Below are positions 52,719-64,000 of a DNA stretch of 64,000 bases, one piece after another. The notes under the pieces were generated by a model. The model made no database searches. It was not told where the DNA came from and saw only the letters and a list, made by a program, of their open reading frames with translations. Made by a program: the position numbers and the translations under genes. Within the stretch, counting starts at the first letter, position 1, and every line of letters starts with the position of its first letter. The DNA comes from Lytechinus pictus (taxonomy: Eukaryota), in the NCBI RefSeq assembly GCF_037042905.1, contig NC_087245.1:22260001-22324000 (forward strand), given 5' to 3'.

Positions 52719-54484
52719 CTGTGTATAGGAAACAAAACAGAATGAGATGTTAGACAAATCTAGGTTTGATCATTCGTTCAGGCTTACAAGTTTCAGTCAG
52801 AGCACTTGAGTGTGAAAAAAGGCTTCTAATTGTTTTTGTTATTTATGTTTTCGAATTATGACTGTTTAAAGCACGTTCTGCTGGGTTGTTCATATTAAAT
52901 TAATGAACTGATTCGTCTATTCTTTTAGAAACTGATTAATTGATTGATCGATTCATTCATTTATTCATGTATTTAATCCACTTTCTAATTTATGCACTTA
53001 TTCATCCTAATCATTCAATTGAAATATTTGCTAATTCTTACGTTGCTTATGTTTTCTTGATTTAACAAGAAAAAAATATATATATTTTCTGAGATTTATA
53101 AAAATTATTCCTGAAATTTATAGAGGGACTTGTGAGGGTCACAGAACATTAGGGAGGAATAAAATCCCTACATCTTTACTCTCAGACTCCATCCTGATAC
53201 AAAGAGGGAAATTGAATGTGATAAGTTCAAATCAATGACATCTTTGGTATTTGTAGGCAAAGAAAATGCTTAGCGGTTCAAAGATTGAAAGTAGATAAAA
53301 GGATGGAGACAGCTAGGTGAAGAAAATGGGAAATCAGTGGAACATGGGCTGACTAAACGTTAGAAATGATCTACAATTTTGTCACCGGGGATTTGGTATA
53401 GGCCTACACTTGGGTTTTTATCCATGCTACATATTATTCAACACACATATTCTAAACATATTCTACACAAAATGGCTTATTTATTAATTGAATCATTTAC
53501 TCTTGAACAAAATCAGTGAACAATCTTCTCTCTTAATTGTATCATTAAGCATTTCACTCTGTAGTGATCTTGCTACATTTCAGACATCAGCCCTTGTAAT
53601 ATTTAATGTGATTTACTATAATAGCCACATTTGCAATATGAGAACTATTAATTTTTTTTATCACCAACAAGTTGACAACTTATTACCACAAATACCAGCA
53701 TATTATATTGCATGTATTTAAAAATAACCCTAGAGCAGTAAAAAATGGGAAAATACACACAAAAAAAAGAAAGAAATTGAACACTTGATCAGTGAACTTT
53801 GCAAACATACTTTTGATTAAGATTCCAAATCAGGCCTGAAGCAATGGACATGGTCAAATGGAAACATCTGCTAAGAGGCTGACCCTACAAATTCACCAAG
53901 GAAGTCTGCGTAATAATCTTAACCATCTCTCTGTCATGCTCATTTAACTACTAACATTTTGAAAAACTTTGCTATACATTATTTTCCATTAATCTATCGG
54001 AATCTAGACTTTAAATTCCCGAGGCCAGGAACTCACGCATCCTTGTGATTCAAATTAGTTCACAATTCAACACGGAGAAGTGAAGTTGGGGATAAAACTA
54101 GACACTGGAGGCCACATATGGGACTAAGAGAGTGTATTTTGTCTGCTCCTTTGCATCTTACCTATCAACTACAAACCTCCAAACACCCCTTTCAGACCAA
54201 GAAAAGTTTTAAATGAAAGAATGGTATAGAATGACTACAATCATTGAAGATTCATAAACAATAAGTCTTCAGATGGAGTAATAATAAAAGCAACATCTCT
54301 AGTAATTGGCAGTCATCAAACAGTATCATCAAGTCTTTTATGAAAAAGACTCTACCGTGAACTTAATAAGCCTTGGGGAAAGGGGAATGGTAATATTCAG
54401 GATCTAATGGGTTAACAAGAGATGCTACATTTTGGTTCAATGGAGACCTCCTGAACATGGACTTGTCAATATCTGGCAACACAT

Positions 54485-55200
54485 TCACCTCGCTCAGCAA
54501 TGATACCATTTCAAAGGACATGGGTTCCAAACCCAACATGGCACCAATGTCCTTTGGCAAGCAAATCTATCATTTAGTGAAAATATGGGTGTGCATGTAT
54601 CAAAGTGGTTTCTTAGGCACTCATATTATCATGTAAGGTTTCGTCCAATGTGACAGGACCCCTATAGATTTGGCTATCACTCTAATCACATGTGAAATCC
54701 ACAGTTGTAGGTCCAGACTAGAACTTCCCCCAAGCAAAACTTGAGCTAAACTGCCCTGGAAATGAGTCAGGGTGCATTCAGAGTCGAGTGAAAAAACTGT
54801 GCAACAAGATTCAATGCTCTGGTGTTGATCTTCATGCAAGAGGTGCCATGGTCAAGTGGTTTGTACACTTGCCTTGAGATACAAAGGTCATGGGTTCAAT
54901 ACCAACATTGCGCTAATATCCTTACACAAGGCATAATTATCCACAATGCTTCTCTCCATCACAGCATTAAATTGGCACCCTAACACAAATGCTGCTTGTG
55001 ATTTAGCAACGAGATGACCAATGCCGTTAGGTCCTATTCAAGGGACCTGGTAACAAGGATAAATACCTTACCAAAGGACAGTAACTTCTGAAGGTTTCCA
55101 TGGTGAAGAAGAAAAGTGCAGTAGCACAACTGCTTGGTTTTGAACCCCCACATTACTGCATTACAATACAATTCATCTACCCACTGAACCAATGTGCTTC
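54485..55200. mobile_element. Cluster of decayed tRNA-derived SINEs
   Basis: Degenerate A/B boxes (tggtcaagtgg...gggttcaatacc; gggttccaaaccc; reverse ggttttgaaccc) with tcctt..caagg cores. Confidence 0.5.
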
Positions 55201-55857
55201 TTATTACCGTGGACCTACTACTCTAGTAGGTCCATGTTATTCCCAATATTGTTGGAAATAAAACAGTAGCTCTACATATGGAATGGTGCCTTGTCGGAAT
55301 GATCCCCCGGGAATGGATGGTCTGTGATGTTTTTTGTAGATCAGCAATATTATTGTGAGATACAATAATCACAATGCAATCATTCAGATACAAATTGTAA
55401 AGTATTTCATCAAAGCAAGAACCTATTTGAAATATGTGCATAACAACAACAACCAATTTTCTTAGATATGAAGATGCAGACATAGTGGAAAGCTTTGAAA
55501 TTCATAACTGACCCATCGCACATCTGTATCTTGTTGGAGGACTAATCAAGAGTCTGAGTTAACCGCAAAGAGGTGACAGACACAGCCCAGGAAGGAAGGG
55601 TGTTAAATAGAATTAAAGAAACAATGGATGAGACAATAGATGATGAATGGTTTGAAGAATCACGATAGTAGCTTTTTCACAAATGCAAAAATTTCATTAT
55701 CCATTTCTGCCAGTTAGTGATTACATAATTCCATGTTTTGTTTATATGTTAATATTGAGAGGACATGATACAAAAAGTCCAAATCAAGATTATGTCTGTA
55801 GCAACAGGCCACATTGTACAGGTGCAAAGATACGTTGAGAGAAATATGCTTGTAACT

Positions 55858-56090
55858 GGTGTGTTGGCTCAGTTGGTAGAGCAAACGCCTCACAACCGGG
55901 AGGTCAGTGGTTCAAACCCCGGCCGTGTCAGACCAAAAGACATTAAAAGATGGGAGTTGCTGCTACCCTGTTTGGCGTTCAGCAATTAAAGGGATAGAGC
56001 CTCGTCGATCTGGCGCTGCACAGAGACAAATTTTCGGAGTATTTCATTTCATGTCTATTTCGAACAATAAAATATGGATTTTTTTTTAAA
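55858..56090 (+). mobile_element. tRNA-derived SINE
   Basis: A-box tggctcagttgg and B-box ggttcaaacc, poorly pairing acceptor stem, followed by a SINE-type body (agaccaaaagacattaaaagatgggagttgctgctaccctg...). Confidence 0.8.
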
Positions 56091-59000
56091 TGACACACAT
56101 CTTATGAACTATAAAAAAGACAGTGCTGGAAAGCTAAGAAAGGGGAAAAACAAATGCAAACGCAAGAAAAGTCACGTTTATTACAAAATAATATGCACAA
56201 GGTGAAATTTATGTCAACATAAATCACACTTTCTCTCTCAATCTCTCTATATCTCTCCGCCATATTCTACAGACCATAATTTCTCTCCTTCAGAGTTCAC
56301 TGTAATTTTTTCCCGTACAAAGAACGTCATACATCTGGTGGGCCAAACTATAAAAAACAGATGCGTTGCAATTATAAATCCACTACCAATCTTTGCTGAT
56401 GTCTTTGGCATTAGCCGATAATCACTGCAAATTTGGTGCAGATGGCCCATCTTTTGAGGGTTTCTCTCTCACCTTTCCAGGGGTCTGTTCACACATATGC
56501 TTTTAAAAATGTTAAGAATTTTGTTTCTTCAAAAGTTTAGGTTATAGTCATAACAAGTTTTCAACATAACAAATATATAGTAGGCTCTTGAATATTAAGC
56601 TATGTTTGATCTTCCATCAACTTGGCATTGACCTGGCATTGCTCTGATGCTGAGCACGTTCAACGAAACATATGTGAACAGCACTTATGAGAGGCTTTCA
56701 ACGCGAGGTGTGAATGGACATAATGACAGAAGGGGGATTCACCAGAGCACTGGTTTCCTGAGAGACTGGTGACCCTCTTTCACTGTTGTGGATCAACAAT
56801 GAGTACAACCGCTGATGTGTGGTGTCATATTGACAGCTGTCATTGGCAACCAGTCTTCATATCAGCTATAAGGCTTGCTCCAAGATGATGCTATTTCCTT
56901 TTTAATTTAGCAGTTTGTTTTGAAAGAAATCATTTCATAACCATATTATTTTGAAATACAAACCTAAAGTATTCAATATATATAAAGTAGTACCCATAAC
57001 ACAACAAATCACCCTAAGGGGGGGGGGGGTGGGAGTGAAGAAGGACTACTGGTGTTTGTTTGGAATGATTACAAAGGAAATTGGCAAGTTCAAGAATCTG
57101 TTATTGATTCAGAAGTACAAAATTTATGGTTGAATCATATTAAAAGGAAAATGATACTATCAATGGCAACCCAAAGAGAAATAAATGATACTGAAGAATC
57201 TAATGCCAATACATGTATTCAAGAAAGCTACACAGAGTTAAAAAAGATGCTCTTATTGTGTATAGTTCTCTGAAATTAATGTTTTTCCATTTCAGTCTTT
57301 CAATATCTAACTTAGATCAACCATTTAAATAAATACCACATTTCCCTAAAGTATTCACTCACTTAATCACCAACTTGAGTCTCTCGACCCCTTTTTACAC
57401 AGGGTCATTAAGAGTTTGGTGTACTATTGACCATTCTTTAATACTTTTCCAGAGATTAGGGTGGGAAAGTGAGCAATAGATATATGTCATTTTGGTAAAT
57501 TTGAAGGGACAGTGATGGGGTAAGGATATAATGAGAGGAGGGGAGGTTACAAATAAGATGGCCAGAGGGGAAACAGAGAAGAAGAGTGGAATATGTACGG
57601 AAATGGGGGGGGGGTGCAATAGAAGTAGAGAAGTTAGAAGTACTAGTAGCAGCTGCAGTAGTAGTTACAGTAGGACAGCAGAAGCATGTACAAATTGTAT
57701 TTTCCAGTACTTTGGAGTACTCTGCTTTCACACTTGCAAAATGTCTCCTGATGGGTGTTTCATACAGCTGTTCGTAAGTTACAGTCTACGTTACCAATGA
57801 CTGGTGATCCTTTTTTGGGGAGCAAACTCAAAACCATTTCAAAATTGGGGTATATCAGTTACCAAAAGAAAGGGTCAGCAGTCATGCTTTACGAAACAGC
57901 CCTGCATTATTTTCTGAACGGATCGGTGTTAATTAAAACAACACATAATGAGCTCATGTGTACTCATTATAATCATCTCAAGAAGATGTCGCTGTTCCTA
58001 ATTGGACAGGTGGATACATTATATCTTCCTTCAAGATATAGGAAGTAATTGCCATTTAATGACCCGCTAAAGACATGAGCATGTTAAGTACACTGTGCTG
58101 CTACCACAAGTGATTTATCATTATTCAACAAACAGATATACTTAATGCAGACCTTGCTGCCTGTCCGACAAAAAAAATAGGAATGAATGAGGAAAAATAG
58201 CATTCCACATACTAGTTTGTATATAAATTACTAAAAAATTAGGAAGAAACTACCGACACAAAGTTAAAAATGGTCAACATACAGATCATTTCCTCAAAAG
58301 TCAAAACAGTTTGAGGTCTACAATGAGAGCTTTGAGACCCCTTTTTTCTTCTTTTGCATGCAGTGGAAAACTCCTTGCACTTGCATCATAGAACCATGTG
58401 TGCGCATATCCCATCGCACCAATTGCCATTTTTTTAATGGTTGGTCTATTTTTTTTTTTGGGGGGGGGGGGGGCAAAGTTGAATTAAAAAATCCGGTTTT
58501 GCACCAGTCAGTCTGGATATTAAGGGGAAAGCAAAAACATTTTCTGATGCCTAAGTCGAGACAGAAAAACATGTGGAGACAAACAAAGAAATGGAAGACA
58601 AAATTATTTTTCACGAAATACATTCCAATGTGCATCCCAAAGACAAAGAAAAAAAAAAAAAGAAGTGAGCCGAATTTTATCAAAAGAAGATGTTCTTGAG
58701 ATCATCATCAAACAAATATAGGAAATTATCTCATATCATGTTTTACTCTTGCCATTTTAGAATTACCCAATGGGGTCTTATAATTTCATTTCCATTCAAA
58801 TCAGGGAATGTTTTCCATAGGGTAATCATGACCCATTTCTGAGATAATTAATACCAGAGGCAACTATTCTGTCTCTAAAGCATTTTGGGGGGTAAGGAAG
58901 TTCATTTTAGGTGCGCTTTTTGGGCTGATAAGATGATATGAATATTCACTTGAAAATGTTGCTATGATTTAAAAAGAATATTCACTCATGGAATAAAAAC

Positions 59001-62000
59001 AAATACAGAGTAAGATTGCTTGCCTAGGGAATAGAAACCAGTTTTCTGTACGTTGGCATGATACATTTCACAAACATAAGAATCATGATCCAACCACATC
59101 CATAATATACTATGACATAACAGGATGGCATGGATGAAATATAATAAAGCTTCCTCAAAGAAGGTATGTATTACAAATTGCACCAAGGAAGACACTTAAC
59201 ATTGTTCTTTAACCCAGTATCTCAAAAATAAAATTACAAGGAAAAGGATCATAAAAAGATAATTGTTCCCTCATGTGAGCTTGTTTGACCACATTGTCTA
59301 CTTCAATGTTCTATTTCTTATTTTTGTAAATGTCAAAGAAAATATTTCTGAGAAACAAGAAAATGCCATTTTGAAATTGAGGATGCTACATTTACCCTAA
59401 AGATGCAAGTAATTTGGAAATTGCCGACCCAACTATATTCATGATTTTGAGTTATTGAATGACTTTAAACTTTTAAAATGTGATTTACCAAATCTTGATA
59501 AGACTTTCAGCACAGAATTAAAACACGAGTGCACAGTCTAAATTGCACAAACTCAAAACAAATCCATGTATCAGCTGCAGTTTGTGACTAGTAAGCACTG
59601 GACTCAGATAAAAACCTAAAAGATTTAAATTCAAATCTTGAAGATATGAATATAAATCATATAAGGTTAAAAAAAATCTTAAGGAGTCAAATTAAATCGA
59701 GATTTTCAATGGTCACAACCACAGCTGATCTGGATTTATTCAAAATTCCTGTAGAGTGTAACGAGCTGGACTATTGCCCTTTCAAGATATCTTCATTAGA
59801 CAGTATGGAGAGGGCATGACTGAGTGACCGGATTGACCTTTGCAGTAATTAGCAGAAGTCTGACGGACCCTTAATGATGCCGGTAATTACCACCAGGAAA
59901 TACAAATGTCAATCTCAAATGTCACAGCCTTCTGAAGGTAAGCTGATAAGAATATGATAGAAAGGTGTGACTTGTAGTTGCTGTGAATGAAATGAAAATT
60001 TTTGGTGATGTACACAGAATTTACACTCCAGCATGTCCAGGGGAAGTCCAATCAGATGCCAAGTTCGTTTTAATACAGCAAGAAAAAAATGAGAAAATAT
60101 AAATGGAGGTTTGACAATAATTTGTCAAAGAAGGAAGAAATTTTCCATTATCACAAGTATTATTTTGTGAAATAGTTGTTAAAATAACTATTCTTTAAAG
60201 GTGCTCCAGTTTCCTATTTCAAGCCCGCCCATGGTGCATCATTCTGTTTGACCGAGGAATTATATAGACCTACATAATTATGCTGGCCAACTTGAGGTGG
60301 ATACAATGCATGTCTGAATTAGAAAGCAGGTCACTGCAGTGACCTTTAGAGTTATGAAGGATATCTACCTCAGTTAATTTTATTTCTTTTATTTCTTATT
60401 GCATTTTTTTTCTACAATTGTGCAGTTCTGCAGAATCATCTTTCAATTTGGGGAATTTTTTTCTTTCACTTTTTTTTAATTTATGTAATGTAACATGCTT
60501 ATTTTGTGACAAAAAGTTCCCTTTAGTGTAACCATGGTTTGGAATAAACATCTTTGAAAAACATGCTTCTTGGGTGAAAAAAAGAGCTGATTGAAAGCAG
60601 CATAATACAATTAAAGACACCTAACCTTGAACTGGGATAGTAAGTTCTCAGTTTTTATGAACATCTTATTGGTAAAACATGGAGGAGAGAGCTCTACATC
60701 TGGGATCCAGATTTATCAAGAACTCTTTTCCCCTTGTAACCTTGGAAGAGAGATTGGAAGAGATCTTGAACTGTCGGGTGGGTGGTGGAAATTCACAACA
60801 TTCCCACAGCTTGTTCTTCGGTGTTTTATTTATTATTTTTGTTAGATACATTTGTACTTTCTAAAGGAAATAAGAATAAGGATATTCAGAGATGGTTAGA
60901 GATTGGGTATAGATTTTTATGGGATGACTAAGTTGGATGATATGAGCAACATTATAGTGAAGAGGAAAAGTAACATCTTCACATATTTTCTAAATTCAAA
61001 CATTTTCTTCAGGAATAAATGAAATAGTGCCCAATTTACTGTCATCATGTTAAGATAGACCAGAGAATCTTGGCAACAACTCCCTGGATTGACAAACACC
61101 CCTGGTAATACATGTTGTTGATTTTTATGTCAGATGGAATTTCCATATTTCCTGCAATTGGCAGGGTTTATTTCATTTACATACACTTGCTAAAATAAAA
61201 CAGGCAAATGATACAGGAAAGTGGTAACAATTTCCATATTTTTCAAATACAAAAACAAATATCAATCTAAAAATCACATTTTTCAGCAGTATTTACTAAG
61301 TTAATTCATAACAGCTACAGATTCCATTTCATCTTATTTCATTTAGTTGGAAGTAACAATTACAAATCAATTTCACCATGAGTTTAAGTGTCTTTTGTGA
61401 ACATTAAGATGGCAATTGAAATAATTTTTGGAATTATTTTACTGGACAAGACAAAAGATCTTATGAATAAAATATCTAGACTTGGGCCTTTATTTCCTTC
61501 CTTTGTAAAGGTTAACACATAAATTATTCACTCTTATAAGTCTATGGACTGCTCACATTACTGGTAAGTGCCTACTCATCTTAAGAAGCTCTCACTCTTT
61601 TTTTAGGTCACATGCAAGTTTGAGCAAACCATCTATGAATCAAGCCAACAATACTAAAGCGTTTTCAGACAAATGCATCTTGCATTCTTCTAAAATCAGG
61701 TTATGTCATACAACAAGAATTTTTTTGTATTTGATGAAGAATAAAAGAATTATTTTTTAAATTTTATATCATTTTTATATTATATTAGTGTTTCATCTTT
61801 TTCACCATTTGCCTTTAATGGGTGAATTATTTGCCAATTACTTTTCATGTTGTATTGTATTGCAATACAAGTTTATTATATTTATTTCAATGTTTATACA
61901 TTGTCCAATTCATTTGACTTTAACGATTATCTATTTACTCGTCTTTGTATTATTGTGTATGTACTACCAATGGAGAACAAAATCTTTGAGAGGTATGAAT

Positions 62001-64000
62001 GCAGAGTATAGGTCTATACAATTATACGAGCTATATGTTGCATTCACGTGGTGTGTTGATGAGTTTCACAGAAACAACTAAGCATTAGTAAAGACAGTTG
62101 AGCGTAGCAGGAAAACGGTTGAGAGACCCGTGTGAAAGCTCTCTGAGTCCACAAACCAAAATTTCATCATTCTTTCTTTCCTTCCTTGTAGACACAAAAG
62201 GAGTGAGTGGACAGACACTGTAAGAATGAATCCTGAATATGACAAGAATTATCTCATTGAGATGATTGGATTGAAGGATACAGCTTTGTTAGATCCCTTC
62301 CCATCCAATGAGGTGATTTCACACCCACCCAATCATGAAAAAATACCTGGTATTTTCTGATTGAGAACTCCACCCATTTCACCAATTACCGGGTATTTTG
62401 CCAGTGTGGCAAGAAAGTACTCCCATAGAAGAAAGATAACAGCAAATTTGTAAGTACTTTTCAAAATTATGAGAACTTTCGCAGTGATCTCTCCAAATGA
62501 GCAAAATCACAGTGATATTCCAGTGTGAAGGTAAACAATGAGATCTTTTATGCAAGACAAAGTGAATATGTGCATTAATTGTACAGGAATGTGAGAGTCT
62601 TGATGTGGGTTTTTATACCTGAGAGAACTTCATCAGTAATTATTTCATGCCCAAACAATTTTTTTATAAATTTATGTTGTTGTTGTTTTTTTGCAAATAT
62701 GGCAGGTGTGAACATACTAAGGTCCACTCATTCATCAAAGGTCGTCTCATCTAACACTTTCATTTTCTGATAGTACACTGGTTTACTTTTCACGCTTTCT
62801 TTTGTCACGTACCTCCTTTTGTTAACTCCACATTATCCTATTAATCCTACACTATCTATTTTGCTTTTCACTCTTACTATTCTTGGCCCTGGACAATCTC
62901 CTGCAACAGGTTTGCTTCTACTGCAATGGGTGTGTTAACCCTGTTTTTAGAAGGGTCAGACAGTCTCACACCTCATTTGTAGGATCAAATATTTCTCAAG
63001 ATATCCATATAGACAAGCCTACTATATCTTTCTATGATGAACTGTTCAGGTTACCGTTCTTAGAGGCTACCAATTTATTATCAATAACCCGAGAGATTAA
63101 ACAGGACATAACAGCACATGCTGGGAAAATCCTCACAATCACATACATTCTCATTTTCATATTCAATCAGGGTATTCAGTTGTGAAAAAAACTGAGAGCA
63201 ATTGAATTTTTTTAAAATATTTCAAAAAAAAGTCATATTATGTTTAAAGCAATTAGTTGAATAACTAATAAATCTAAAAATCTGAGAAGTGTAAATGCCC
63301 CTTTAGCCTCATACTTTCATCGCAAATCCAAAAAAGGGAAATTTTCTCATTGTCTCTGACACCCTTAGTATTTTTTCTTTGTCACGCTGATCCTTCCTCA
63401 AGTTCTTATATGGCTATCTGGAGACTCTCGTTTGGGTTCATTTCTAAAATCAGTTATTACCCCATGGCAACGGCAGAGATAGGACAGTGAACCTGGGGTA
63501 TGTTCCAGCTCTGTTTTAATTTTGATTTGTGGTAAAGGAATAAGCTATAAAACTATGAGACTGGGGAACTTGTCAGCTTACGGTAGGCAATTTGTGTACT
63601 GAATGTGTGATATTGACTACAGGGAAGAGGGGCAGTGCTTCATGTACGGTAGAAATAATTTATTTCTTTCCCCAAAAAGGTATTTTTTCATAAGTGAGGC
63701 AAAAAAAGGAAGTTGCAAAGGGAAAGAAAATATACGGAAACACATGGGAAGTTTAAGAGAAATAGTGTAAGCACAGTTATGGAGGGATAATTTGTTAATA
63801 TGGAAAAGATGAAGAAAAAAAAAGAAAATACAAGTAGAAAAATTCAATCAGCAAAGAAGATCAAGGGTTTGCAGCTTATCCTATAATAACAAAAATCTAT
63901 GTCATTCCTTAGATTTTGACGAAAAACAATTTTCAGATGAATTATTTAAATGGAAATACCCATATATTAACAAACTACATGAACAAATACTATAAAAAGG

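Noticed and set aside
55858..55930. tRNA-Val(CAC) gene
   Set aside because: The acceptor stem does not pair well and the sequence runs into a SINE body.
52719..64000. Further upstream SLCO exons
   Set aside because: No OATP-like coding segment recognised; likely one long intron, though a short exon could have been missed.

Overview
AT-rich, repeat-dense, intron-rich eukaryotic DNA; the repeat style suggests an echinoderm such as a sea urchin (inference, not verified). Three protein-coding loci can be reconstructed by hand. (1) A complete 12-coding-exon OLA1/YchF Obg-like ATPase on + (6672-20533, 396 aa), whose frame depends on a 16-nt microexon with atypical splice signals. (2) A two-coding-exon gene on - (31010-26136) for an acidic/Lys-rich protein with a Gly-rich 'GVG..GPNA..LGTG' core, split by a frameshift where a stop overlaps two ATGs. 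(3) The last seven exons of an SLCO/OATP organic anion transporter on - (52718-40590), whose 5' part probably lies beyond the window. The rest is a nest of non-autonomous DNA transposons (large foldbacks, Kolobok-like, piggyBac-like, Harbinger-like, Helentron-associated elements, tiny hairpin insertions with 8-bp TSDs), a 5'-truncated LINE RNase H fragment, tRNA-derived SINEs and simple repeats. All calls come from manual reading; no searches were run.
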